From Candidatus Eiseniibacteriota bacterium (GTDB lineage: Bacteria > Eisenbacteria > RBG-16-71-46 > CAIMUX01 > VGJL01): DNA of 64,000 nt. Numbering within the stretch: position 1 is the stretch's first letter; the number at the start of each line of letters is the position of its first letter. Location: the NCBI GenBank assembly GCA_963792585.1, contig CAWBWI010000003.1:1184001-1248000 (forward strand). Reading direction: 5' to 3'. Under the pieces are notes generated by a model. The model was not told the origin of the DNA. It searched no databases and worked only from the letters and a program-made list of their open reading frames with translations. Positions 43,886-54,633 of the stretch are shown here, in pieces. A program made the position numbers and the translations under genes.

Positions 43886-44494
43886 GTGAGTGGAAAGCGC
43901 AGCGGGCGGTCGGCGGACCGGATTCTCGATGTCGCGGAACGCCTGGTTCAGGTGCGCGGATACAACGCCTTCAGCTATGCCGACGTCGCCCAGGCCCTCG
44001 GCATCCAGAAGGCGAGCCTGCACCATCACTACCCCACCAAGGCGGATCTGGGCCTGGCCTTGGTGGAGCGTTACCGCCGGACGTTTCTCGATGCGTTGCA
44101 GCGAATCGAAACGGACAAGAGCAGCGCGTTCGAACGTTTGGAGCAGTATGCCGGCCTCTACCGAACCGTGCTACGCCGCGGGCGCATGTGCATGTGTGGC
44201 ATGCTGGCCGCGGACGTGGCCACCCTGCCAAGGGCCATGCGTGCGGGCATCACGGAGTTCTTTGAGGAGAACGAGGCCTGGCTGCTCCGAGTTCTCGATG
44301 CGGGCAGGAACCATGGCGAGATCAGCTTTGACGGATCGAGCGGATCGATGGCGACGCTTCTTGTCAGCTCCATGGAAGGCGCGATGCTCGTGGCGCGCGC
44401 GAACGGCAAGCTCGACCAGTTCGACGAGGTTGTCGGGCACCTCCTTGATCCCCTCCGCCCCCCGGAGAAACCGAAGCGCCGCCGGAGGACCTGA
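43886..44494 (+). CDS. TetR/AcrR-family regulator
   Basis: RILDVAERL..RGYNAFSYADVA..LGI.KASLHHHYPTK; AAGGAGG SD before GTG. Confidence 0.9.
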   Translation: MSGKRSGRSADRILDVAERLVQVRGYNAFSYADVAQALGIQKASLHHHYPTKADLGLALVERYRRTFLDALQRIETDKSSAFERLEQYAGLYRTVLRRGRMCMCGMLAADVATLPRAMRAGITEFFEENEAWLLRVLDAGRNHGEISFDGSSGSMATLLVSSMEGAMLVARANGKLDQFDEVVGHLLDPLRPPEKPKRRRRT

Positions 44495-44721
44495 CGTCGC
44501 GGGGCGAGATTGATCCTTGCCCTTCGTACTCCGCGAAAGCTCCACCTGACCACCGAAGGGTGGCCGCGACTTCCTGCCCGTGACCAGATCTTCGGTCCTC
44601 GCGGGAGCCATGTAGCGCCCGAGTTTTCCTGGAGGCAACTGAGCACGGGCATGCCGCGAAGTCTGAGGGCTGGACGTTGGAACCGCCCGCGATCTCACGT
44701 GGGCCGAGGGGTGTGAACTGA

Positions 44722-45150
44722 TCTACGCATCCAGGCTGAGGAAGATGAAGTGGTCCAGCGCCTCCTGTCGCAGAGTCCGCATGAATCGCTCGATGTGAGG
44801 ACTTGCGTTCGACGCTCCGTACGGAATCGGCAGGCCCTCCACTCCGATTACTTCGTGGAGCCAGCGATCGAGATGGCATCAATAGCTGTGGGTCTTTCCG
44901 TCCCGCTCCACGCTCACCGGTCTACCGAACTGCGCGAAGATCCCGTCGTTGTCATGGATGAGGAGTCGCGGCGTTCGATCCCAGGCCGTCGCCTCGCGGA
45001 TCTGCTGCTTGACCCAGGACAGGGTCGGCTTGGTAGTCACGTTCACGTGGACGATCCTCCTCTACGGGATCTCCATGAGCACGAGACGTAGGCGACGGTG
45101 AAGAGGGTGGTGTACCGGGTGAGGAAGTCACAAGCCCAGACCTCCTTCAG
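44722..45150 (-). pseudogene. Integrase-core (rve, DDE) transposase remnant
   Basis: Minus strand reads VWACDFLT...RRIVHVNVTTKPT...LIHDNDGIF...PHIERFMRTLRQEALDH with two internal stops and a frameshift. Confidence 0.85.
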
Positions 45151-45280
45151 GGGCTCTATGAGAGAGTGGAGCGTATCACGGAGCCGGACAAGTTCTGCCG
45201 GATGACGGCGTACAGAGTCTTCGCGGACTACGACGATCGGCTTTTCGGATACTGCGAGACTCAGAGTATTCGGATGGCGC

Positions 45281-45310
45281 TTGACAGACCGCTCCGGAGA
45301 TCGGTATACT
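45281..45310 (+). promoter_or_regulatory. Near-consensus sigma70 promoter
   Basis: TTGACA-18nt-TATACT. Confidence 0.6.
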
Positions 45311-45405
45311 CACTAGTTTCATTCTGACTCGAGCGCACATGAGATCGTGCAAAGATTCCCCAAGCCAATCCAAGGAGTTCCCCCAGGCCTATCCGGCCGC
45401 TACCG

Positions 45406-48400
45406 TTGGTCCGTGCAGGACTTGTCTGCGCCTTCGCCGTCCTCTTCGCCGTGCGCGCCCAGTCCGCCGTCGTCCGATCCTTCACGGAATCGTTCGAGAA
45501 CACCACCTACCAGGACCCCGTCGAGACGACGGCGGATTGGAACACCTCTGCGGGGGAGATCCGGCTCTTCCCGTTTCAGCCGAATATCCTCGACACAGTG
45601 AACACGCCAGGTACAGCGACCGGGGTGTTCGTGGACGGCGACTACGGTTTCGTGGCGGACTTCACCGGCGGGCTTCACATCTTCGACGTTTCCGACCCAT
45701 CCGTACCGGTGCTCCTCTCGACTTTCGCCTCCACCGTGCAGGCGGTGATCGCCTCGGGTGATTTCGCCTACCTGGCGGCGGGCACGGGCGGCCTGAAGAT
45801 CGTGGGGATCGCCAATCCCTCGGCCCCGACGCTGGTCGGCTCCGTTGCGACCTCAGGCGCGACCGGGATCGCGGTCGCGGGAGGGCACGCCTATGTCGCC
45901 GACGGCTCCTCGGGCCTGCGGGTGATCGCGATCAGCAATCCCTCCGCGCCGTCCATCGTGGCCACCTTCAACACCGCCGGGTCCGCCACCGATGTCGAGG
46001 TGGACGGCGACTTCGTCTACCTGGCGGACGGCGGTGGCGGGTTCCTGATCTTCGACGTGACCACTCCTTCCGCTCCGTCGCTCCTCGCCACCGTGGACAC
46101 GCCGGGCAACTGCTTCGGGCTCGATGTCCGCGGCAATCGGGCTTACATCACGGACAGCGTGGCGGGCCTGCAGATCTACGACCTGACCTCCCGGCAGTTC
46201 CCGGCCCTCATCGGTTCGATCGCGATCGCCACCCCCAACGATGTCTTCGCCTCGGGCGACCGAGCCTACATCGCCGGGAACACCGCCGGGATTCGCATCA
46301 TTGACCTCTCCAACGAGGCTTCGCCCCAGCTCCTCTACACCCTCGACACCACCGACGCCGATGACGTGGTCATCGAGGACGAAGTCGCCTATGTGGCGGA
46401 TGGATCGGCCGGTCTCAGGACGATCCGCGTATCCCAGCACACCGGCGCGCCCCGGCAGGTGGCCACGGTTTCCTCCGTCTTCACCACCGAGGACATCGCG
46501 GTCTCCGGCACCCTGGCCTACGTCGCGGACCGCACGGCCGGACTCAAGATCGTCGACCTCTCCGCCGTGGGCGCGCCGGCGGTCGTGGGGACATACGACA
46601 CCGGCAACCAGGCTTCCAGCGTGGCCGTCGCTGGGGAGTTCGCCTACGTGGGCGACACCGGGAACATCCTCGTCTTCGACGTCTCCGACCCGACCAACCC
46701 GACGCTTTCCAGCACGACCTATGTCGGGCCTTACGTCTGGGATCTCTTCATCGCCGGCGACCGGCTCTACGGGGCGATCGATGGGAGCGGTCTGAAGATC
46801 TTCGACATCTCGAATCCGACCAGCCCGACGCTCCTCGGTTCGTACAATACCTCCTCCGCGGCCATCGGCGTGTTCGTGGCCGGAAACAGCGCCTTTCTCG
46901 CCGTGACCAACGACGGACTTCTCATCGTCAACGTCAGCAACCCGGCCAGCCCCACTCTTACCGCCACCTTCAACACTCCCGGGCAGGCACACAAGGTCGT
47001 GGTGGCGGGCAACATCGCCTATGTGGCGGATCAGGGGTCGCTCCTTGCGATCGACGTGACCAATCTCGCCGCCCCGACCCTCCTGGGCTCTCTGCAGGGA
47101 GCCTCCTCGGAGGCCGATGCGCTGGTTCTCGACGGGAACCGCGTCTTTCTGAGCCAGTTCAGCTACCTCGGTGTAGCCGATGTCTCTGAGCCGTCCACCC
47201 CGTTCTTTGAATCCAGCTACTCGAGGACCGGCTCGTACGGCCTGGCGCGATGGGGCCTGTACGTTCTCACGGGCCGGCGGTTCGAGATCCTCATGACAGG
47301 TCAGGATCAGTTCGACACGACCCGGCCGCGAGGTCAGTCATTGACCCTGAGCGCCGCCATCCCGGTCGTTCGGGCCCGGCTCTCGTCGGTCCAGAACGGT
47401 TCCGTGCTTTGGGAGTTGACCGCCGACGGCGGAACGACCTGGCAGGAGGCGCAGCCGGGCGGGCCGGCCACCCGCTTGTCACCGGTCGGCTCCGATCTCC
47501 GCTGGCGATCGACCCATCAGGACGGCTTCCCGCTGGTCAACCCCACGGCCAGTTCGGTGACGATCGATTGGTTCCACGAGAGCGCGGAGATCGATGGCAT
47601 GGCCGATGTCCCCGACGACCAGGGCGGATTCCTCCGGCTCGCCTTTGGCCGATCCGGATTCGATTTCGTCGAGGAGACGACTTCTCCCGCGACCGGCTAT
47701 CAGATATACGGACGGGTCGAGGACGAACGGCTTCTCCGGGCAGTGGCGTCCGCTCCGATTCCCGGGGATCCTTCCGCCTCCCGCTTTCCCGGCCTGGCGC
47801 AGCTCGACACGGAGCGCCTACGTATTCTCGATGGCCGTTTCTTCGTGGTCGGCGACCCGCTGGCCGTGGGCGATTTCCCGCCCGGGACCTGGGAGGCCTT
47901 GTCCTGGGTGGCGGCCCTCCAGCGCGATCAGTACCTGGCCCGCGTCGCCAGCCGGGGGGATTCCACCGGCGGCGGTATCCCCTGGACGACCTACTGTGTC
48001 ACCACCCACACCACGGTGCCGTCGATCTGGTACGCGAGCGCGCCGGACAGCGGCTACTCCATCGACAACATCGCGCCGCAGATCCCGGAACACCTGATCT
48101 TCCCCTCTCCCGGGCTCCTCTCTTGGGACTTCTCTCCTGATGATGACTTCGCCTACTTCAGCGTCTATGGCTCCGCCCACGGGACGTTCGACGAGACGGC
48201 GGTCTTGATCGGCAATACCATTACGCCGGAGTTCGACGTGTCGCGAGATCCATACGCCTACTATCACGTCACGGCGACGGACGATGCGGACAACGAAAGC
48301 GAGGCGGCCTCGATCATGAGCCCCACGGCGGACGTGGCTTTCCCCATCGACCGTCCGGTCAGCTACGCCTTGCACCCTCTGCGGCCGAATCCGGCGCCGG

Positions 48401-48663
48401 GATCCGTCGAAGTCGCCTTCAGCCTGCCGGAAGCGGGCCGGGTATCCCTGGAAGTCCTTGACGTAGGTGGGCGCGTCTTGCGGGCTCTATCCAACGGCGT
48501 CTTTCCGGCCGGCACCCACAGGGCGACCTGGGACGGGAACGACGGCCAGGGCCTGCCCGCGGCGGCGGGGCTCTACTTCGTGCGCATGCAGGCCGGGGAC
48601 TTCGCAGCCTCGGCAAAGCTCCTGCGCATCCGCGGATCACAAGGACCTAGATCCCCGAGATAG
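45406..48663 (+). CDS. Secreted LVIVD-repeat beta-propeller protein with C-terminal FlgD-Ig domain (start uncertain)
   Basis: Many AYVAD...GL.I.DVS.P..P repeats; PNP...WDGND..G...AAGLYFVRM C-terminus. Confidence 0.88.
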   Translation: MVRAGLVCAFAVLFAVRAQSAVVRSFTESFENTTYQDPVETTADWNTSAGEIRLFPFQPNILDTVNTPGTATGVFVDGDYGFVADFTGGLHIFDVSDPSVPVLLSTFASTVQAVIASGDFAYLAAGTGGLKIVGIANPSAPTLVGSVATSGATGIAVAGGHAYVADGSSGLRVIAISNPSAPSIVATFNTAGSATDVEVDGDFVYLADGGGGFLIFDVTTPSAPSLLATVDTPGNCFGLDVRGNRAYITDSVAGLQIYDLTSRQFPALIGSIAIATPNDVFASGDRAYIAGNTAGIRIIDLSNEASPQLLYTLDTTDADDVVIEDEVAYVADGSAGLRTIRVSQHTGAPRQVATVSSVFTTEDIAVSGTLAYVADRTAGLKIVDLSAVGAPAVVGTYDTGNQASSVAVAGEFAYVGDTGNILVFDVSDPTNPTLSSTTYVGPYVWDLFIAGDRLYGAIDGSGLKIFDISNPTSPTLLGSYNTSSAAIGVFVAGNSAFLAVTNDGLLIVNVSNPASPTLTATFNTPGQAHKVVVAGNIAYVADQGSLLAIDVTNLAAPTLLGSLQGASSEADALVLDGNRVFLSQFSYLGVADVSEPSTPFFESSYSRTGSYGLARWGLYVLTGRRFEILMTGQDQFDTTRPRGQSLTLSAAIPVVRARLSSVQNGSVLWELTADGGTTWQEAQPGGPATRLSPVGSDLRWRSTHQDGFPLVNPTASSVTIDWFHESAEIDGMADVPDDQGGFLRLAFGRSGFDFVEETTSPATGYQIYGRVEDERLLRAVASAPIPGDPSASRFPGLAQLDTERLRILDGRFFVVGDPLAVGDFPPGTWEALSWVAALQRDQYLARVASRGDSTGGGIPWTTYCVTTHTTVPSIWYASAPDSGYSIDNIAPQIPEHLIFPSPGLLSWDFSPDDDFAYFSVYGSAHGTFDETAVLIGNTITPEFDVSRDPYAYYHVTATDDADNESEAASIMSPTADVAFPIDRPVSYALHPLRPNPAPGSVEVAFSLPEAGRVSLEVLDVGGRVLRALSNGVFPAGTHRATWDGNDGQGLPAAAGLYFVRMQAGDFAASAKLLRIRGSQGPRSPR

Positions 48664-49066
48664 GCTCCTACCGGCGGTCAGGCTCTCCCTCCTGTGGGTC
48701 CCGAAAGCCCGAACGGCCGAGACGGAACACACTTCTCTCCTCCAACCGATGCGGGAATCCTCGGCTGGCCATAGTCGTACGGGATGCTCGAGAGCGGAGA
48801 TGCAACGGCACTCTTACCCCAAAGCGTGGCACGACGGCGGTCGAATCAGAGGCTCCGGTGTCACGAACTCCCGCGCGATTCTCTGGTTCAGGGCGATCGT
48901 GGAACCATGGAACGACGGATCGTGTCGGGGGAGTGCCGGATGTCGAACTTGGCGGCGAACTGCTCCAACCGGCTAGGATGTGCGGAGGCCCTCGATCCCA
49001 TGATCGAGGACCCCGCCTTCTGCGGCCGGCGGAACGCACTCCGCACCATGACCGAGGCCCGTCCCT

Positions 49067-50215
49067 CTACATCCCCGGCGGCTCCAGTCTCACGGGCAGG
49101 TGTTCGACATCCTGGGGATAGTCGAGCTCCCTGACGATGATCTCGTCCGCGCCGGTCCGCGTATCGATCCGGTGCAGCGTTCCCTCGAAGTTGACGATGG
49201 CGTAGGCATAGTTCCCGATGACGACGATCCCCGTGATGTTGCCCTCCGGGAGCGTGGCGACGTCCTGGGGCTCGCCGGTCTCCGTGAATCGGCGGATCAC
49301 CCTCCCGCCGCAGAGGTAGAAGAGCCCTCCGTTGTAGTCGATCGCGCCGAGCCAGCCTCCCCATGAGGGGAACGAGCGGAAGACCGAAGCCTCGTGTGTG
49401 TTCAGATCGAAGGCGAGCAGCTCGTTGTTTCCGTTCTCGGAGAGGATCAGTTGGCTGCCCACGACGCGGCCGTCGATGTTCTGCAGGCTGTCATCCGACG
49501 GGTTCGGCATCTCGACCCACGCTTCCAGTGCCCCGTTAGGCCCCATGAACGCCACGCTGTCGCTCTCGTTCGATGCGAAGGCGAAGCCCCCCGAGGGAAG
49601 CATCGCGAAGTCGTACCCGGTCACCGTGGGATCGTCGATGTCGATGCGGCCGACCTCGGCTCCCGTGTAGTCCAATTCCCGGACTCCGTGGTTCGCCTTC
49701 ACGAAGATCCGGGTCCCCAGGACCTCGACCGTTGCTGTCGTCGGCGAGAGGATAAAAGACTGCCCTCGTGCACCGACGGCGATCAGTCCATCCCCGGACT
49801 GGACGAGAAGGGTCCCTTCCATGACCTCGACGGCCGCGTCATCGACAGCGACACCTTCGCGACCATCGTCGACGGTGACCGTGATCGAGTGGGACCGGTT
49901 CCCGGCTGCCGCGACCCATTTCACGGCCGCACCGCTCCCCACGATGGTTCCATCCTCGGCCTGCCAAGTGTATTGCATCGGATCGCCATCACCATCCCGG
50001 GCGTGGCACCAGATCTGGACGCTGTCGGCCGGAGCGGTCACCGGGACGCTGACGCGCATGCTGTCGATCACGGGAGCGAGGTTGTCGTCCTGGCCGCCCG
50101 TGGGAGAACCGTCGTCGTCATCTCCACACCCGGCCAGCCCGGTCGCGGCTGCGAGAGCGAACGCGACGACCATGAGCCGGGCGTTCCTCGAGAAACCGAT
50201 GGCACCGCCACTCAT
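49067..50215 (-). CDS. Lipoprotein, Ig/PKD-like domain plus probable beta-propeller
   Basis: Lipobox LAGC; N.APVI, D.DGDP.QYTW, TVTVDDG motifs. Confidence 0.78.
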   Translation of the reverse strand: MSGGAIGFSRNARLMVVAFALAAATGLAGCGDDDDGSPTGGQDDNLAPVIDSMRVSVPVTAPADSVQIWCHARDGDGDPMQYTWQAEDGTIVGSGAAVKWVAAAGNRSHSITVTVDDGREGVAVDDAAVEVMEGTLLVQSGDGLIAVGARGQSFILSPTTATVEVLGTRIFVKANHGVRELDYTGAEVGRIDIDDPTVTGYDFAMLPSGGFAFASNESDSVAFMGPNGALEAWVEMPNPSDDSLQNIDGRVVGSQLILSENGNNELLAFDLNTHEASVFRSFPSWGGWLGAIDYNGGLFYLCGGRVIRRFTETGEPQDVATLPEGNITGIVVIGNYAYAIVNFEGTLHRIDTRTGADEIIVRELDYPQDVEHLPVRLEPPGM

Positions 50216-53200
50216 TGTGAAACCTCCATCAACACGACCTGCTGATGCCTCTCCATCCCTGCATGGGCGAGCGTGAGCCAATAGACGCCGATGGGCAGCC
50301 GGCGACCTGCGTCGTCGGCGCCGTTCCAGAAGACTTCATGGGAGCCCGCGGTCATCGCGCCGTCGCCGATGGTGCGAACGCGACGGCCCTGGATGTCGTG
50401 TACGGTGATCCTCGCCGGACCTGCGTCCGGAATGGCGAATATGATCCGCGTGCTGGCCGAGAACGGGTTGGGGTAGGCCGCGAGACGCAGCATTTCGGGG
50501 AGCGGCTGTTCCTCATCCGCGTCGGCCAGCGACCCCTCCGCACGAAGATCGGTCTCGGTCGCGGCGTTTCCGCTGGGCGAGAACCACGGCGTTCGCGGGA
50601 AGTAGGGATTTCTCGATGCGATGCGAAGTCGCCAGTGGTGCTCCGTTGCGGGCACGAGCAGACCGTAGGTCTCGATGATCGATACCGCGCTCCCTCCCTC
50701 GGCCGGGGCTCCCGTGTCGTGCATCGATCCGCGCTGGATCCGGGCGCCCTGGAAGGAATCCCCTGTAGGCTCGATCTGCCACTCCAGCCGGACCTCACCG
50801 CGCCCGCCCGCCATGCGTCCGAGCGCCCGAAGGGCGACCGAGTTGCTGGAGTGGGCGAGCCCGCGCAGCGCAATGGGTGCAGTCAGGTCGGCTCGGAGCT
50901 GATCCGGCGCTCGCGGCAGGCCTCGGCTGTCGTTCCCGTAGTAGACGAGCGCGCGCCCCTCTTCGGTCTGGCCCAGGGTGAAAGGCGGGCGCCGGCGAGG
51001 ATGTCGCTGAACCCATCGCCGTTCACGTCGGCGGATGCCGCGGAGGAGCCGAAGAACGCCCCTGACTGGGTTCCATAGATCCGTAGAGCGTTGTCGATCA
51101 CGCCATCCGGGCCGCCCCTCAGGAAGCTCAGATGCCCGCAATCGAGATCGCCGGTGTCGAAGTTGGTGCTGTGGGTTGTTCCGACTACGATGTCGGAGAA
51201 TCCATCCGCGTCGAAATCGCCCGCCGACCCAACGCTGTAACCGAACTGCCCGCTGCCGCCGAGGAGGGTGGTCCTGCTGAAATACCCCGCGTCGGTGCCG
51301 TAGATGACAAGGATCCCGGGGATCTCGGGTAGGCCCCACGTGGCGTCCGGGGCCCCGATCACCATGTCGCTGAAACCATCGCCGTTGACGTCCCCGGCGC
51401 CGGCGAGCGACCAGCCCAGGTGGGCGCCTTCGTCATAGCCCGTGGCCTGCCATCCCGCGGAAGTCCTCAGCCCGCCCGAGTAGCCGCGGAAGTACCATGC
51501 GATGCCCTCGTCGGTGAATGTGGCGTCGTAGTAGGGCGCTCCGACCGCCGCGTCGCAGTAGCCGTCCGCATTCATGTCCCCGACCCCGTCCACGACGAAG
51601 CCCGCCAGCGCGTTTGTCTGGTCTCCTTCGATCGACCAGCTCGCGGTCTCCGACAATCCGGTGGCGAAGCCTCGGTACAGGGCCGCCTTTCCCTCCATGC
51701 TCTGTCCGTTGGTGTAGCCCGGCATCCCGATGATCACGTCGGCGTAACCATTGCCGTCCGTGTCCCCGGCGCTCGAGACCGAGTACCCGCACCCCGCGTT
51801 CGCGACCTCTCCCGCGCAGCTCCACGCCGCATTCGCAGGCGTCCCCATCGGCGCCCCACCGGCCGTGCCGTACCAGAGGTAGGCGGCGCCCTCGTTCGAC
51901 AGCGACCCATCATAGGAAGGAGAGCCCACGAGCACATCGTCGTAGCCGTCGCCGTTCACATCGCCCGCCCCGGCGACGGACATGCCGAAGTCCGCTTCGG
52001 CCTGATTGCTCTCGGCCCACCAGTCGGGGAGGATACTGGGACCGGCGCCGTGGCCGAGGAAGAGGAAGGCCGCTCCCTCGTTCGACTGACCGTTGTCGTA
52101 GTTCGGGGCGCCGACGAGGATCTCGTCGAACCCGTCTCCGTTGACGTCACCGGCATTGGCGACCGCGAATCCGAAGTTGGCGCCGGTCTGGTTGCTGTCG
52201 ATGGCCCAACCTGCACTCTTCCGCGGCAGGTCGCCCGAACCGTGGAAGACCCACGCCCGCCCGGCATGGCTGAATGCTCCTGAGTAGCGAACGGCTGTGA
52301 CCAGCACGTCGCTGAACCCGTCCCCGTTGACGTCGCCCGCGGTGGCCGCGACGATGCCCAAGAGACAATCCGCCTGGTCGCCTTCCGTGGTCCACGTCGG
52401 CTCCGCCGGCAGCCCGCTGCGCGAGCCGTAGTAGACGTAGGCGCGGCCGACGCGTGTGCTGTCGGGGAGCATGTAAGTCATCGCGCCGATGCACACGTCG
52501 CTAAGCCCGTCGCCGTTGACGTCGCCCGCCGTGCCGACGCAGCCGCCAAAGTCGCATTCGGGGTTGTTCCCCTCGGCGGACCATGAGGGACTGCCCTCGA
52601 GGCCTTCCGCACACCCCTGGTACAGGACAACGCGCCCCTCCCCGGGCTCGGGATTGTTGTAGAGCTGTGCGACGAGAACGTCCGCGTAACCGTCGCCATC
52701 CACATCGCCGGCGCCGGCAATGGAGCATCCGAAATACGATCCGGGACCGTCGCCGTCCGCAGTCCATGCGGGTTCGGTCGAGAGGGGTAGGGGCGATCCA
52801 AGGAAGAGATAGGCGCGTCCGGGGCCTTCCCGCATCGCGCTCAGGATGAAGTCATCGTATCCGTCGCCGTTCACGTCCCCCGCGGTTCCGCAACCTGCGC
52901 CGTAGTAGGAGTGCTCGACCACACCATCGTTCGTCCATGCGTGGGTGTTCGCGAGCCCCGATGCCGATCCGAGGTAAACCCACGCGCGACCCTGTTGCGA
53001 GAGACCCGCGTCGTACCAGATCGCGGCGATAATGACGTCGTCGAAGCCGTCCCCATTGACGTCGCCGGCCGTGGACGCGTACCCCCCGAACTTCGTGTTG
53101 TCGGGCGTGTCGGAGTCCAGGATCCAGGATGGGCCTGTCAGGCCGCTCGAGGAACCGTGATAGACATAGACCCTGCCAAGGGTGCCATCGTCGTTGTGAT

Positions 53201-54224
53201 GTCCGGGGGCTCCGATGATCACGTCGTGAAAACCGTCGCCGTTGACATCGCCTGCCGTAGAGAGAGCCATGCCGAATGTGGCGAACGGCTGGTCCCCGGT
53301 CGCGGTCCAGTCGGGCTCCGTGTGGAGCCCCTCCGCCGATCCATAGAATGCCCAGACCTTTCCGATCGTCGTATCCGGGAAGTCGTATCCCGGAGAGCTC
53401 ACGAGGACGTCACTGTAACCGTCGCCGTTCACATCACCAGCGGTCGAAGCGACCCGGCCGAAGTTGGCCTCCTCGCGATCGCCATCTACCTGCCAGCCCG
53501 GGCTCTCGAGGAGCGGGTCGATGGTGATCGGATAGGTGGCTCCACGATCGTCGACGAGGATCCGGATCTCCGGCTCGTCCAAAATGAGACGACTGGGCAG
53601 ATGTTTGCCGGTCGCGTCAAACGCGGCGAGCTTCCCGTAGACGAGGATCTCCTTGCCCCGGCCGTCCGCGAATCGAATGGACCCGCCGTCCAGCCGCGCA
53701 TCGAGCCCTTCGCCCATCGCTCCCGCAATGCAGACATCTCCTTCTCCGTGCGGGGCCGAGGCGAGTGTGAAGCCCTGCTCCACTCCGGTCGGGCCGTTCT
53801 GGTACCACTCCACGAAACCGTCGCGCGGGTAGCGGACTGTGGCGCGTTCCGCCGCCGGAACCGATTCCAGGACCGACCGCATCGCGCCGGCGCGTCCGAA
53901 CGCCCGCGTGGTCCAGGACCACGTCCATGCGCCCGATTCCGCCCGGCGCGGCTGCACTTCGACTCCGTCGCAGCGGAAGTGGGTCCGGATTCCATGTGCG
54001 CGGTTGGGCGCCTGAAGGCCCCGCGCGCTCGGCGTCGCGTCGTATTCCAATGACGCAATCGCGCGAGAGGCCCGCTCCCACCAGTCGCTTTGGGCGGGGA
54101 TGGCACCACGGACCTCGTCCGCAGGAGCGACGGCGTGCCGGGGGAGGGTCCCGAGAGCAAAAATCGCAAGGATCGGGACGAATAGACGGATCCAGATGGG
54201 CACGTGGAGACCGTTGTGTGGCAT
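50212..54224 (-). CDS. Secreted FG-GAP (integrin-alpha-like) repeat protein with FlgD-Ig C-terminus (one apparent frameshift near 50985)
   Basis: Over a dozen AGDVNGDG.DV..GAP repeats; YPNPF...WNGADDAG...GVYW in the second frame; GGAGG SD. Confidence 0.88.
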
Positions 54225-54633
54225 GGAGCACCTCCCGGTTCGGCTTCCGGACACTTGCGGGGAGACGGCTCAGGTTCGTCTGGCGGCAGGCCGCTAGCAG
54301 AAAACCGACCCAGGCCCCCCTCAGAGAGCGGGTAACAGGCATCTAGTGGGACGCTATCGGGGGCGTGGAATCACAGGCAGAGAGCCAGGAACGGGAGATT
54401 CTCCGGTAGTGAGAGGGAGGGAGCCGTGGCACCGGGCGGTCGTGTCCGAACGTTCCGACCTGCGATCCGCGCAGTGCTCATCGCCACCAACTGGATGTGT
54501 CCCAACGGACTGCATTGGGGTCGCCCGCGGAGCGCGCCCGGCGTGGGATGACCGGATTGTGCCGGAGCCGGCCTGCTCCATGATCACACAGCCACGACGC
54601 TCTCCCTCACGCTCGTGCCTCCGCGTGCGACGA

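Noticed and set aside
45600..53500. Periodic DNA repeats as CRISPR or DGR
   Set aside because: They are in-frame LVIVD and FG-GAP protein repeats; no cas or reverse transcriptase gene is present
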